Source: a candidate division FCPU426 bacterium (GTDB lineage: Bacteria; Oederibacteriota; Muellerivitia; Muellerivitales; Muellerivitaceae). Taken from it: a DNA stretch of 64,000 nt. The stretch is from positions 256,001 through 320,000 of the forward strand of contig CAWCKJ010000002.1 of NCBI GenBank assembly GCA_963796105.1. The letters run 5' to 3'. The notes below the pieces were generated by a model. That model was not told the origin of the DNA. It searched no databases and saw only the letters and a program-made list of their open reading frames with translations. The position numbers and the translations under genes are program-made. Positions 46,684 through 58,056 of the stretch are shown piece by piece. The first letter of the stretch is position 1. Each line of letters opens with the position of its first letter.

Positions 46684-47415
46684 TTGCCCTCAATACTAAT
46701 TACAGGCGGCACCAGGGGAATAGGTTTAGCCCTCATAAAAAACTTTGCGGGCAGGGGCTGGAAGGTGGCGACCTGCTACCATCAGGATGAGGAATCTGCA
46801 GTCACGGCTCTCATTGAGATTTCAAAACTTAACGGGGATTTCCTGTTGAAAAAATGCGATGTGACGGATGAAACGCAGGTGAACTTGTTTGTGGAGGAAG
46901 CTGCGGATCGTTGGAATGGACTGGATTGTGTCATTCACAACGCCGGATCGACCCGGAACGCCAGGATTCTGAATATTGAAGAGGCTCATTGGGAAGATAC
47001 CCTGGCGGTCCATTTAAAGGGCGCCTTTTTAATCTCCAAGGCTGGGGTCAAAACCATGCTCCGCCGTAATACAGGCCATTTGATATTTATTTCCTCTATT
47101 GTAGGCACCACCGGAAACATCGGGCAGGGAGCTTATTCGGCCGCCAAGGCGGGATTGTTTGGGCTATCTCGAAGCTTGGCCTGGGAATATGGGCCCAAGA
47201 ACATTCGATCGAATGTTGTTTGCCCTGGTTTTCACAAAACAAGGCTTTCCGCTGGACTGACTCCTGAGGCTGAGGATGCTATCCGCATGAAACATTTCTT
47301 GAATAAGACGGCCGACCTCGGGGAGGTCGCCGATTTTGTGGTCTGGCTGGCGGGCACAAACACTATATCTGGACAGGTTTTCAATCTAGATTCGAGAATT
47401 CCCGGCCTGATGTGA
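46684..47415 (+). CDS. fabG: 3-oxoacyl-ACP reductase-like SDR
   Basis: ITGGTRGIG, HNAG, ISSIVG..GN.GQ.AYSAAKAG (YxxxK), N.V.PGF; TTG start. Confidence 0.85.
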   Translation: MPSILITGGTRGIGLALIKNFAGRGWKVATCYHQDEESAVTALIEISKLNGDFLLKKCDVTDETQVNLFVEEAADRWNGLDCVIHNAGSTRNARILNIEEAHWEDTLAVHLKGAFLISKAGVKTMLRRNTGHLIFISSIVGTTGNIGQGAYSAAKAGLFGLSRSLAWEYGPKNIRSNVVCPGFHKTRLSAGLTPEAEDAIRMKHFLNKTADLGEVADFVVWLAGTNTISGQVFNLDSRIPGLM

Positions 47416-47473
47416 CATTCTTCGCCCTCAGCGTGAAAATTGTAAAACTTTTCATACTCGGATCGTAAATCAA

Positions 47474-48655
47474 ATGACATCTGATAAGAAAATATTTGTG
47501 ACCGGAGTGGGTATGGTTACGCCCCTCGGATTGGACTGTGCGTCAACCTGGAAAGCCTTGATCAGCGGGATAGGCGCCGGTGAGATTCTTAAAGGTTCGG
47601 AATGGGATCGGTTTAACAACCCCGTAGCCTGTCGGATTCTGGATTTCAAACCTTTTGGCGGATTGGAAAAGCGGGATAGGTCACTTCAATTGGCGGTGGC
47701 TTCCGCGAGGGAAGCCTGGAATCAAGCGGGATTGAAGCAAGTTTCCCCAGAAAGGATCGGCACGACATTTTCCTCAAGTAAGGGGGGGATTCTAAGTCTT
47801 CTTGCCGCAACGAGTTATACTGAAAGGACGGATTTTTTATCAGATTTTTTCCCCCACGCTGGAGGAAGGATTTTTCAAAAGCTCCTGGGATTTACCGGTC
47901 CCTGTCTTTCGGTTTCCTCGGCCTGCTCCACAGGGCTGGGAAGCCTTGTGGCCGGTGCGACTCTATTAGCGGATGGAGGATGTGACGCAGTTATCGCCGG
48001 TAGTACAGAATCATCTATTCACCCCTTGATATACGCAGCGTTTCAGAACATGCGCTTGCTTTCCCGCCGGGAGATGGGACCATCTCCATTTGGCGTGGGC
48101 AGAGATGGGTTTTTAATGGGAGAGGGGTCGGCTGTACTTGTTTTAGAGAGGGAAAGACCGGATTCTACTAGAATGATCAAAACCCTGGCCAGCTTGTCAG
48201 GTTGGGCCTTAGGCGGGGATGGCTATGACTGGGTGGAGTTGAACCCTAAAGGAAATGCCATTATTCGGATTATTTGGAAAGCCCTGGAAGAAGCCGGCCT
48301 GAAACCGCAAGATATCGGGTATATCAACGCCCATGGAACCGGAACGAGGCAAAATGATTTAATTGAGGCCAATGCCATCCGTGAGGTGTTCGGTTCGCCG
48401 GGGCCTTGGGTGAGCTCCACGAAAAGTTCCACGGGTCATTTACTGGGAGCTGCTGGAAGCGTGGAGGCGGTTCTTTCGATTTTAGCAATTATTCAGGGAG
48501 AACTGCCGGAAACGCGGAATTTAATAACTCCCGATCCCGAATGCCGGATTCGGCACGTTGAAAGAGGAGGGATGCGCCAAAGGGTGGAACACGTCCTCTC
48601 TCTTTCTTATGGTTTCGGAGGTCAATTGGGAGCTGTTATTTTCTCGAGAATTTGA
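47474..48655 (+). CDS. fabF: Beta-ketoacyl-ACP synthase (FabF/FabB-like)
   Basis: VTG.GMVTPLG, SACSTG (catalytic Cys), YINAHGTGT..ND, TGHLLGAAG, GFGG. Confidence 0.88.
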   Translation: MTSDKKIFVTGVGMVTPLGLDCASTWKALISGIGAGEILKGSEWDRFNNPVACRILDFKPFGGLEKRDRSLQLAVASAREAWNQAGLKQVSPERIGTTFSSSKGGILSLLAATSYTERTDFLSDFFPHAGGRIFQKLLGFTGPCLSVSSACSTGLGSLVAGATLLADGGCDAVIAGSTESSIHPLIYAAFQNMRLLSRREMGPSPFGVGRDGFLMGEGSAVLVLERERPDSTRMIKTLASLSGWALGGDGYDWVELNPKGNAIIRIIWKALEEAGLKPQDIGYINAHGTGTRQNDLIEANAIREVFGSPGPWVSSTKSSTGHLLGAAGSVEAVLSILAIIQGELPETRNLITPDPECRIRHVERGGMRQRVEHVLSLSYGFGGQLGAVIFSRI

Positions 48656-48671
48656 TTATAAAAAAGAAAAA

Positions 48672-49838
48672 ATGGAAAAAACCATGGGCTTAATTGACAG
48701 CCTGCGCGAAAAACTTGATGAATTGGAAAGACAGGGACTTCGGCGGCGTTTGCGGGAAGTTGATTTTCTTGGCGGAATGAGGGCCGTTCTCCAAAACAGG
48801 GAATGCGTCCTATTTTGCACCAACAATTACCTCGGTTTAGCGGATCATTCACACGTATTGGAACGTTCACAACAGGCCTTGCTTCGTTTTGGGGCTGGTG
48901 CTCAGGCGTCCCGCCTCGTTTCAGGCCATTTTCCCATCCATCGGCAGTTGGAAGAGAAAACCGCGGCCTTCAAGGGTTCGAAAACATGTCTAGCCTTTCC
49001 GACTGGATACATGGCTAACTTGGCGGCAGTTTCCACCCTGGCGGGGGAAGGGGATGCGATCCTTTGCGATCGCCTCAATCACGCCAGCCTCATTGACGCA
49101 TGCCGAATGTCCAAGGCTAAACTCCTGGTTTATGATCATCTCAATATGGACGACCTTGAAAAGCAGCTGGTAAGGTCGGAGAAATACCACACCAGCCTGA
49201 TTGTTACGGATGCTTTTTTCAGCATGGATGGAGACTTGGCGCCTTTACTGAAAATAATTGAACTGGCACAAGATTATGAAGCTCTGGTGATAGTGGACGA
49301 CGCACATGGCACAGGTGTCCTGGGTCCGGGGGGCAGAGGTATCACGCATCATTTCCCGTTGAAGCATTTTCCGGATGTTGTGATGGGCACCTATAGCAAG
49401 GCACTGGGAAGCCTAGGAGGGTTTTTGTGCGGCGAAAGTGAATTTATCGATTATTTATTGAATAAAGCCCGTTCTTTCATTTATACAACAGGCCTTCCGC
49501 CGGCTGTATGCGGCGCCTCGCTGGGAGCATTGGAAGTCCTTGAAAAGGAACCGGCAAGAGTAGAACGTTTATGGGAGAATGCCAGAAAAATACGGGAAGG
49601 TCTGAGGAGTTTGGGTTTCGATATTCCCAAGGGCGCCGGACCCGTCATACCCGTTCTTGTGGGAGAGAACGAGGAGGCGGTCAAGATGTCGGATAAACTT
49701 TTAGAGGAGGGTATTCTCGTTGTGGCGATACGGCCTCCGACGGTGCCAAAGGGAACAGCCCGTTTGAGGTTATCTGTTTCAAGCGAACATTCAAAAACAG
49801 ATATTGATCAACTGTTTACCGCGTTCAAAAAATTGTAG
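48672..49838 (+). CDS. bioF: 8-amino-7-oxononanoate synthase
   Basis: NNYLGL, ASRLVSG, GYMAN, NHASLIDA, FSMDGD, DDAHG.G, SKALG, IRPPTVP. Confidence 0.95.
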   Translation: MEKTMGLIDSLREKLDELERQGLRRRLREVDFLGGMRAVLQNRECVLFCTNNYLGLADHSHVLERSQQALLRFGAGAQASRLVSGHFPIHRQLEEKTAAFKGSKTCLAFPTGYMANLAAVSTLAGEGDAILCDRLNHASLIDACRMSKAKLLVYDHLNMDDLEKQLVRSEKYHTSLIVTDAFFSMDGDLAPLLKIIELAQDYEALVIVDDAHGTGVLGPGGRGITHHFPLKHFPDVVMGTYSKALGSLGGFLCGESEFIDYLLNKARSFIYTTGLPPAVCGASLGALEVLEKEPARVERLWENARKIREGLRSLGFDIPKGAGPVIPVLVGENEEAVKMSDKLLEEGILVVAIRPPTVPKGTARLRLSVSSEHSKTDIDQLFTAFKKL

Positions 49839-50567
<729 letters not shown>

Positions 50568-50585
50568 TCCTCGCCAGGCGGAAAA

Positions 50586-51950
50586 ATGAATTACAAAAAA
50601 CTATCGGCCCTGGACAAAAAATACCTTTGGCATCCCTTTACCCAGCAACGGGATTGGGAAGAAGACCCGGATGTTCCCATTATCAAAAAGGGTAAGGGTA
50701 CCTATCTTTACGACGCCATGGGGAAAAAATATCTGGACGGTGTTTCCTCCCTTTGGTGCAACGTCCATGGGCACAGGGTTCCTGTAATCGACGATGCGAT
50801 CAGGAGGCAGCTCGGTAAAATCGCCCATTCCACCCTTCTTGGGGCCTCCAACGAACCGGCGATTTTATTGGCGCGGAAACTGGTGGAAATCGCTCCGAAA
50901 GGATTGACTCGGGTTTTCTATTCCGATTCTGGTTCTGAAGCAAATGAAATCGCCGCAAAAATGGCGTTTCAGTACTGGAAGCAAGTCAATCCCGCTCTAC
51001 CTAGGAAGGACCTATTCCTGACGGTTCGGGAGGGTTACCACGGGGACACACTTGGCTCCGTCAGCCTCGGCGGAATAGATTTATTCCACGGTATCTACGG
51101 CCCTCTTCTCTTTAAAACCCTGAAAGTTAAAAGTCCGCACCAATATCCCAGCCGAAAAGTTTCGAACTCAGAATGGCTTCGGGATTGCGTTTATGAAGCC
51201 GAGGAAGTCTTCAGGAAATACTCGTTTCGGCTCGCTGCAGTTCATATGGAACCCCTGATCGAGGGGGCGGGAGGAATGTTGGCCCATCCCAGGGGATACC
51301 TTAAGGCTGTCAGGCGCTTGTGCGACCGCTACAAGGTGCTCTTAATCCTGGACGAAGTGGCAACGGGATTTGGGAGGACGGGAACCCTTTTCGCCTGCGA
51401 ACAGGAAGGGGTTTCGCCGGATCTTTTATGTCTGGCCAAGAATCTGACGGGCGGGTACCTGCCTGTCGCGGCCACTTTGACGACTGAAAAAATTTATCGG
51501 GCTTTCCTGGGGAAATTCGAGTCTCTGCGGACTTTTTACCACGGACATACTTTCACAGGGAACCAGCTGGGTTGCGTTGCGGCGCTGGCGAACCTGAAAT
51601 TGATCATGAAACCTGGGTTTCTGGAACGTGTCCGAGAAAAGGGACGTCTGTTGGAGTCTTTGCTGAAACCGTTGAAATCCCATCCCCACGTGGGGGACAT
51701 CCCTCTTCGCGGGCTCATGGGGGGGATTGAACTCGTTCAAGACAAGAAAACCAACGAACCTTACCCCTACCGTATCAAAATGGGATACAAGGTATGTGCC
51801 GAGGCGAAAAAGAAAGGCGTTCTGCTGCGCCCGCTGGGAAACGTGGTTGTCCTCATGCCTCCCCTTGGCATCCATAAAAAGGACTTGGCTTTCCTGGGGG
51901 ACGTCATTTCCTGGAGCATACGCCGGGCAACAGAGGTTCGTTTTTCATAG
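50586..51950 (+). CDS. bioA: Adenosylmethionine-8-amino-7-oxononanoate aminotransferase
   Basis: LWHPFTQ, DGVSSLWCNVHGH, SDSGS, YHGDT.G, DEVATGFGRTG, HGHTFTGN.L. Confidence 0.97.
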   Translation: MNYKKLSALDKKYLWHPFTQQRDWEEDPDVPIIKKGKGTYLYDAMGKKYLDGVSSLWCNVHGHRVPVIDDAIRRQLGKIAHSTLLGASNEPAILLARKLVEIAPKGLTRVFYSDSGSEANEIAAKMAFQYWKQVNPALPRKDLFLTVREGYHGDTLGSVSLGGIDLFHGIYGPLLFKTLKVKSPHQYPSRKVSNSEWLRDCVYEAEEVFRKYSFRLAAVHMEPLIEGAGGMLAHPRGYLKAVRRLCDRYKVLLILDEVATGFGRTGTLFACEQEGVSPDLLCLAKNLTGGYLPVAATLTTEKIYRAFLGKFESLRTFYHGHTFTGNQLGCVAALANLKLIMKPGFLERVREKGRLLESLLKPLKSHPHVGDIPLRGLMGGIELVQDKKTNEPYPYRIKMGYKVCAEAKKKGVLLRPLGNVVVLMPPLGIHKKDLAFLGDVISWSIRRATEVRFS

Positions 51951-51975
51951 GTGCTGTGTTAAAGTATGCCCGCCC

Positions 51976-53385
51976 ATGACTAAAAAAAATAAAATTAAAC
52001 AATATTCGAGCAAAACAGTAGCCTTGGTCAGCTTGGGATGCCCCAAAAATACCGTGGATTCCGAAGTGATGCTCGGGAAATTGGCCTTGGACCATTACCA
52101 GCTCGTGGCAGACCCGGCGGGAGCGGAGATCGTCATTGTCAACACTTGTGGTTTCATTGAGGCGGCGAAGAAGGAATCCATCGATACCATCCTTAAACTG
52201 GCAAAGCTCAAACAGACAGGAAATTTGAAGTCCCTGGTCGTGTCGGGATGCCTTGCCCAGCGTTATGGGGAAGAGCTCAGGAAGGAGTTGCCTGAGATCG
52301 ACATACTCTTCGGATTGAACGATGTGGAGAGGGTTTCTGAACGGATCAGGCCTTCCCTGGATGCGGGTAGTTCATTTGAGAAAGCCGTAATTGCCGGTCC
52401 GCTTCGGTTTAAGCAGAACTTGCTCGCATCTTCGCTTCCAAAAGCGACCTATGTTTATGACGCTTCCTCTCCCCGCCTTCTTTCAACACCGGCTCATTAC
52501 GCTTATGTGAAGATTTCCGAGGGATGCGATCTTCCCTGTACATTTTGCATTATCCCCAAAATCAGGGGAAGCCACAGAAGCCGCCCTCTTGAGGATATTG
52601 AAAAGGAAGCCGCGGATTTGGCCGCCCGTGGTGTAAGGGAAATTTGTCTGGTCGCCCAGGACAGCACTTGGTACGGCTCGGACTGCTATGGAAAACCCAG
52701 AATCTCGGAGCTTCTCGACCGCTTGTCGAAAATCAAGGCTTTGAACTGGATCCGGCTTCATTATCTTTATCCCAGCCGCGTCTCGGATGAGCTGATCGAT
52801 ATGATGGCTTCCCGAGAGAATATCTGCCCCTATTTTGATATTCCGCTGCAACACGCCAGCGACAGGATTCTCAAATCGATGAAAAGAATCGGGGACAAAA
52901 ACCTGTTGAAGGCCTTGGTGCAAAGGATCCGGGCACGTATCCCGAAGGCGTCTATTCGTTCCACCTTTATCGTCGGCTTTCCAGACGAAACGGATGAGGA
53001 CTTCGGTGAATTGCTAAATTTCTTGAGTGAAACCAATATGGATTATGTCGGCTTTTTCCCTTATTCTCAAGAGGAGAACACCCCGGCGGGTTTGATGGAT
53101 AAACAAGTTTCGGAAAATGTGAAGAAGGAAAGGCTGGCCCAGGCTAGCCTTCTCCAGGAGACCATTACGGAAAAATCCCACCAACGTTGGCTGGGGGAAC
53201 GGCTTGCCGTGGTTGTGGAATCAGAGGATGGCGGCGGCTTCCAGGGACGAACGAAGTACCAGGCTCCGGAGGTGGACGGAATCGTTCATCTGGAGGGGCT
53301 ACAAAGGGCGGGGATAGGACAGTGGGAGGAAGTTTCCATTACCCACACTCTCGGGCATGATTTAATCGGGAAGGTTATTCGTTAA
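51976..53385 (+). CDS. rimO: Ribosomal protein S12 methylthiotransferase
   Basis: SLGCPKN.VDSE, NTCGFI..AK.ESI, YVKISEGCDLPCTFCIIP (CxxxCxxC), APEVDG TRAM end. Confidence 0.96.
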   Translation: MTKKNKIKQYSSKTVALVSLGCPKNTVDSEVMLGKLALDHYQLVADPAGAEIVIVNTCGFIEAAKKESIDTILKLAKLKQTGNLKSLVVSGCLAQRYGEELRKELPEIDILFGLNDVERVSERIRPSLDAGSSFEKAVIAGPLRFKQNLLASSLPKATYVYDASSPRLLSTPAHYAYVKISEGCDLPCTFCIIPKIRGSHRSRPLEDIEKEAADLAARGVREICLVAQDSTWYGSDCYGKPRISELLDRLSKIKALNWIRLHYLYPSRVSDELIDMMASRENICPYFDIPLQHASDRILKSMKRIGDKNLLKALVQRIRARIPKASIRSTFIVGFPDETDEDFGELLNFLSETNMDYVGFFPYSQEENTPAGLMDKQVSENVKKERLAQASLLQETITEKSHQRWLGERLAVVVESEDGGGFQGRTKYQAPEVDGIVHLEGLQRAGIGQWEEVSITHTLGHDLIGKVIR

Positions 53386-53438
53386 GCGATTTGCCTTATG
53401 TAAACCTGATTATTTAAACTAATATGACTGATTAGTGA

Positions 53439-54110
53439 ATGAGCTTGAGGTGGCCTTTGATCGAGGAAGTAAAACCCGTCATTCAATCGCGCTGGAACGC
53501 GGCCAATCTGGTGACTTTATCCCGGATATTGGTAACACCGATATTTCTCCTCCTAATCTTCCGGGACGAGCTATGGGCTAAGTGGATCGCAGGGATTTTG
53601 TTCGCGTGGGGAGGAATCAGCGATTATCTGGATGGATATCTTGCGAGAAAATATCAGTTGAAAACCGTATTCGGCACCCTTTTAGATCCCCTAGCGGATA
53701 AAATTCTTTTTATTTCGGTAATGTTGGCTTTTGTCCAGCTCCAGCTAGTCCCTGCCTGGATGGTGGTGATAATCGCCGGGCGGGAATTTTTAATCACAGG
53801 TTTGCGCCAATACGCCCAAAGCCTGAATGTCGTCATCGCGGCTAGCCGGGGCGGAAAGCATAAAACTGTTTCCCAAATCGTGGCAATCTCGGTGATCCTG
53901 GCGATTATCTGTGTCCGGGCTACCGTGGAGAAATACCAGGGAAATTGGGACCTGGTAGTGGCGAAATTAGGCGCGCCGGGCGAATGGCTTAACACCGTGG
54001 TTTGGTTCGGGCCCTATTGGCTTATGTTTTACGCCACCGTCATGTCAATCATCTCTGGTGTGGACTATTGTGTCAGGAATTGGGATATCATCAGCGGGAA
54101 AAACAGATGA
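53439..54110 (+). CDS. pgsA: CDP-diacylglycerol--glycerol-3-phosphate 3-phosphatidyltransferase
   Basis: N..TLSRI, D.LDGYLARK......G.LLDPLADK, REFLITGLR, GK.KT..Q. Confidence 0.95.
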   Translation: MSLRWPLIEEVKPVIQSRWNAANLVTLSRILVTPIFLLLIFRDELWAKWIAGILFAWGGISDYLDGYLARKYQLKTVFGTLLDPLADKILFISVMLAFVQLQLVPAWMVVIIAGREFLITGLRQYAQSLNVVIAASRGGKHKTVSQIVAISVILAIICVRATVEKYQGNWDLVVAKLGAPGEWLNTVVWFGPYWLMFYATVMSIISGVDYCVRNWDIISGKNR

Positions 54111-54565
54111 AAAAAATCAACTTTTTAATCGCGACATTTTTCGGCATCGGGAAAATTCCTGGCGCTCCGGGAACCTGGGCTTCCATCACAACAGCATTTC
54201 TTTTTTACCCCCTGGTGATACAGCCGTATCTTTTGGGCGGATTACTGACGGTTATCTTTTTTTTAGGTGTTTATTCCTCTGGCCGATTGGAAAAAGAAAT
54301 GATCGAAAAGGATCCTTCATGTGCCGTGATAGATGAGGTTTTGGGTATGGGGGTGGCCATGCTTGGAATCAGGACGGACTGGCAGTTTACAGCCATGGCT
54401 TTAATCCTTTTTAGACTTTTCGATATCTGGAAGCCAATTCCCATCCGCAGACTTGAGAAACTTCCAGGTGGCTGGGGAATTATGTGCGATGACCTTTTAG
54501 CTGGCATCTATGCCAATGTTTGGATACAAATCGGGGCATTCCTGGTTAAGAACATTATGGCCTGA
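54107..54565 (+). CDS. pgpA: Phosphatidylglycerophosphatase A
   Basis: APGTWAS, DPS..VIDEV.G, FRLFDIWKP.PI, GIM.DD..AG. Confidence 0.95.
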   Translation: MKKINFLIATFFGIGKIPGAPGTWASITTAFLFYPLVIQPYLLGGLLTVIFFLGVYSSGRLEKEMIEKDPSCAVIDEVLGMGVAMLGIRTDWQFTAMALILFRLFDIWKPIPIRRLEKLPGGWGIMCDDLLAGIYANVWIQIGAFLVKNIMA

Positions 54566-54579
54566 GAGAGGGTATCACT

Positions 54580-55839
54580 TTGAACGCGGAAATTATTGCC
54601 ATCGGAACTGAGCTTATTCTGGGCCAGTCTGTCGACACGAATTCATCATGGATTGCCTGTGAAATGGCATTAATGGGGGTCGATGTCTACGCCTTTCAGG
54701 CTGTGGGCGACAACGAGAGAAGGGTCGAGGCGGCCATCAAGGCGGCCTGCGAAAGAAGCCAGTTGGTGGTCACAACCGGGGGCCTGGGACCTACGGTGGA
54801 TGACGTTACCCGCAAGGCAGCCGCCAAAGCGGCCCAGAAACAACTGGTTTTTCACGAGGAAATCGCAAAAAAAATCGAAGAGCGTTTTTCCAGATTTCAG
54901 CCAGGCCGGACGTTTCCGAAAGTGAATGTCAATCAGGCTTTTTTCCCTCAAGGCGCCAGTATCATCCCCAACCCGAACGGGACAGCCCCGGGCTTCATCG
55001 TGAAATTGGGGAAAACCCAGGTTGTCTGCCTTCCGGGCGTCCCACAGGAAATGAAGAGCATGTTCGAGGCCTCGGTAAAACCAGTGATCAAATCCCTGAT
55101 ACCATCCGGTCCAATCATCAAATCTCGGGTTTACCGGACCACGGGATTGTCCGAGTCGCTCTTGAACGAGAAGATCGTGGACCTTTTCGAGAAATCCACC
55201 AATCCCACTGTGGGAGTCCTAGCCCACCCGGAGGGGGTGGATATCCGGCTCACCGCCAAGGCCGGCACGGAGCAAGAGGCGGACGCCCTTATCGATGCCT
55301 TGGGAAAAACCTTTACATCCAGGCTGCCCAACAACCTCTACGGGTGGGATAAGGACAGCCTGGAATCCATCGTGGGTCAAATGCTCACAACGAGGAATCT
55401 GTCCCTGGCCATAGCGGAATCCTGTACAGGCGGCCTCATAGCCCACAGGATTACTCTAGTTCCGGGCAGCTCCAATTATTTCAAGGCGGGTTTCGTGGTT
55501 TATAGCAATGAGGCTAAAACGGAGGTTCTGTCGGTAGAAGGGACTTTGATCCGTCAAAAGGGAGCTGTGAGCCTGGATGTGGCCAAGGCCTTGGCTGAGG
55601 GCGCGCGAAAAAAAGGAAAGGCCGATATAGGGCTTTCCACGACTGGTATCGCGGGTCCCTCCGGAGGAACCCAGGATAAACCGGTTGGATTGGTTTTTGT
55701 GGGAATCGCCGACGACCAGGCTAGCCAGGCTTTTGAGTTCCGGTTTCCTGGAAATCGCGAAACTATCAAGAAACGGGCTAGTCAAGCGGCTTTAGAGATC
55801 CTGCGCCGCCGTTGCCTTCAAATGGCCCTGACGGATTGA
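54580..55839 (+). CDS. cinA: CinA (molybdopterin-binding domain plus PncC NMN deamidase)
   Basis: IGTEL..G..VDTN, GGLGPT.DD.T, LPGVP.EM, AESCTGG, TGIAGP.GG...KPVGLV. Confidence 0.96.
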   Translation: MNAEIIAIGTELILGQSVDTNSSWIACEMALMGVDVYAFQAVGDNERRVEAAIKAACERSQLVVTTGGLGPTVDDVTRKAAAKAAQKQLVFHEEIAKKIEERFSRFQPGRTFPKVNVNQAFFPQGASIIPNPNGTAPGFIVKLGKTQVVCLPGVPQEMKSMFEASVKPVIKSLIPSGPIIKSRVYRTTGLSESLLNEKIVDLFEKSTNPTVGVLAHPEGVDIRLTAKAGTEQEADALIDALGKTFTSRLPNNLYGWDKDSLESIVGQMLTTRNLSLAIAESCTGGLIAHRITLVPGSSNYFKAGFVVYSNEAKTEVLSVEGTLIRQKGAVSLDVAKALAEGARKKGKADIGLSTTGIAGPSGGTQDKPVGLVFVGIADDQASQAFEFRFPGNRETIKKRASQAALEILRRRCLQMALTD

Positions 55840-55845
55840 GATAAA

Positions 55846-56418
55846 TTGAGATCGTTCCGGCTTTTCACGGCCGTCTCATTGAACGAGGTTTTGAGAAACC
55901 GCATCGGTGATATCTTGCAAAACGGCGCTAGGTTGAAAGCCCCAGTCAAATGGGTGGAACCCCACCAACTGCACCTGACCCTTTTTTTCCTGGGGAGCCA
56001 GCCCGAAGACCGACTGCCACCGATCATGGGTTCGTTGGTCCAAGCCGCCGAAAAGATTAAACCATTCACCCTGAAGCTGGGGGGAATTGGGGTCTTCCCC
56101 TCGATGGAAAGGCCGAAAGTGGTATTCATCCCGGCGTTGGTGGGAAAGAAAGCCCTGGGTCTCCTGGTTTCGAGCAACTCCGAGGTTTTGACCCCGTTAG
56201 GCTTACAGCAGGAGGAACGGGAATTTCACGCCCACGTGACTTTAGGCCGCGTGAAGGAACCCAAGGGGATGGGGAATGTCCTGAAATGTCTGAAGGAGGG
56301 CTTCCCGCCGTATCTGGGCGAAATGACCGTGGATCATTTTTCCCTTTTTGAGAGCAGGTTGACAACGAAAGGCCCTTTTTACAGCGAACTAAGAAAATAC
56401 CCTTTAGCGAAAGGATAA
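55846..56418 (+). CDS. thpR: RNA 2',3'-cyclic phosphodiesterase (2H family)
   Basis: RLF.A, HLTL.FLG, HVTLGR, S.L...GP.Y. Confidence 0.93.
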   Translation: MRSFRLFTAVSLNEVLRNRIGDILQNGARLKAPVKWVEPHQLHLTLFFLGSQPEDRLPPIMGSLVQAAEKIKPFTLKLGGIGVFPSMERPKVVFIPALVGKKALGLLVSSNSEVLTPLGLQQEEREFHAHVTLGRVKEPKGMGNVLKCLKEGFPPYLGEMTVDHFSLFESRLTTKGPFYSELRKYPLAKG

Positions 56419-56421
56419 CTT

Positions 56422-56910
56422 ATGGAACAGGGGAAAGCGGAAGGACTTGATCCTGAAATGAACGAAAAGGAACTAGCAGAACAGTTGAAGGCCTACCAAC
56501 AAGCACAGATGAACTTCCTTCAACAGGAGTTCCAGTGGCTTATCCAGTTCGTCGCGAGTTATTTCCCTGGAGACCAATTGGCCATGGAGGACGCGGGTCC
56601 TGATGTGCATTTTATACATAAGGTGGTGGTGGAGGATAAGAATCTCGGAGCCTTGGTTTACCGCTTCCGGAAGATCATGGACAAAAAAGGATATTTTGCC
56701 GAAGTGGAGGCGGCCTACCGCGAGGAAATGGAGGTGCCGGAGGTCCTGTTTGTGGACACGGAAACCCAGAAATTCACTGCTCCGGAGACCCTGGAAACGG
56801 ATGGGAATTATGTGGAAATCCCGCCAGAGAAATTAACTGGAAAAATCCGGGAATTGCGGGAAGAAATTAAAAAAAGATTCAATGTCAAGCAACTGAGGGA
56901 GAGCGTTTAG
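56422..56910 (+). CDS. Hypothetical cytoplasmic protein
   Basis: 162 aa ORF tightly packed between thpR and the peptidase gene. Confidence 0.75.
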   Translation: MEQGKAEGLDPEMNEKELAEQLKAYQQAQMNFLQQEFQWLIQFVASYFPGDQLAMEDAGPDVHFIHKVVVEDKNLGALVYRFRKIMDKKGYFAEVEAAYREEMEVPEVLFVDTETQKFTAPETLETDGNYVEIPPEKLTGKIRELREEIKKRFNVKQLRESV

Positions 56911-58056
56911 ATGGGAAAGCGAAGGAATTCCGATCCGAACTCCCTCATGATTTATGCGGACAGCGAGAGGGACTCGAATCTTTATTACGCCGTAAAATTT
57001 GTGGCGCCGGATCCCTTCCCTTTTTTCCTAATCCGCGGCAGGAAAATCATCCTGATGAGTGACCTGGAATTGGGAAGGGCCCAAAAGCAGGCGGAAGTGG
57101 ATGAGGTCCTTTCCTATTCAAAAATCCAATTGAAAGTCCAACGATCTTATGGCTCTAAAGCCTCATTGGCGGATGTGGCTGTTTTTTTCTTAAAAAGCCG
57201 TAACGTGAGAAAGGTCAACGTTCCGGCGAATTTTCCACTGGCCCTGGCTGATTCATTAAGGAAAAGAGGGTTGAGAGTTTCCGCAAAACAGGAACCTTTT
57301 TTCTCTGAGCGGGTTTACAAGTCCCAGGCTGAAGTCCGAATGATCACACGATCCCTCCGATGCACCGAAAAAGCGATTCGCAAGGCTGAGGACTTGCTTC
57401 AGAGGTCCAGAATTATAGGTAAGCGGGTTTATTTCCGGGGAACCTTGGTGACTTCGGAACTCATCAAAAGGGTGATTAATGTCTCCTTGATGGAGGATAA
57501 CTGCATCGGGAGCCATACGATCGTGGCAAGCGGTAGCCAGGGCTGTGATCCTCACCAGGAGGGGCACGGGCCGGTTTGGGCCCATCAATCCCTGGTGGTG
57601 GATGTCTTTCCCAGATCGGGGGATACCTTATATTACGCGGACATCACCCGGACCTTCGTGAAGGGAAAGGCCTCGCCGGCATTGAAAGCCCAGTACGTGG
57701 CGGTCAGGGAGGCGCAGGTAAAGGGGATCAATATGGCACGCCCCGGTGTTAATGGAAGGGAAATTCACGAAGCCATCCAATTGGAAATGAAAAACAGAGG
57801 ATACAAAACTGAAAAGAGAAATGGGGTCGTGGTCGGATTTTTCCACGGTACCGGGCATGGACTTGGTCTGGATGTACATGAAGCTCCCCGCGTGAACAGT
57901 GCCGATCACATCTTGAAAAAAGGCGAGGTGGTTACGATCGAACCGGGGCTCTATTACCCTGAGGTGGGTGCGGTGAGGATTGAGGATCTTTTGGTCATCA
58001 CAGATGAAGGGCACCAAAACCTGACAATTTATCCCAAGAAAATGGAAATCAGATGA
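56911..58056 (+). CDS. Xaa-Pro peptidase (M24B family)
   Basis: Y.ADITRTF, HGTGHGLGLDVHE.P, TIEPGLY, VRIED. Confidence 0.95.
   Translation: MGKRRNSDPNSLMIYADSERDSNLYYAVKFVAPDPFPFFLIRGRKIILMSDLELGRAQKQAEVDEVLSYSKIQLKVQRSYGSKASLADVAVFFLKSRNVRKVNVPANFPLALADSLRKRGLRVSAKQEPFFSERVYKSQAEVRMITRSLRCTEKAIRKAEDLLQRSRIIGKRVYFRGTLVTSELIKRVINVSLMEDNCIGSHTIVASGSQGCDPHQEGHGPVWAHQSLVVDVFPRSGDTLYYADITRTFVKGKASPALKAQYVAVREAQVKGINMARPGVNGREIHEAIQLEMKNRGYKTEKRNGVVVGFFHGTGHGLGLDVHEAPRVNSADHILKKGEVVTIEPGLYYPEVGAVRIEDLLVITDEGHQNLTIYPKKMEIR

Noticed and set aside
45600..48680. BirA operator for the biotin genes
   Set aside because: No TGT(A/T)AAC-N14-16-GTT(T/A)ACA dyad found in the intergenic gaps.
51727..51975. 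83 aa N-terminal extension of RimO overlapping bioA
   Set aside because: Artefact of an upstream TTG; RimO homology begins after ATG 51976.
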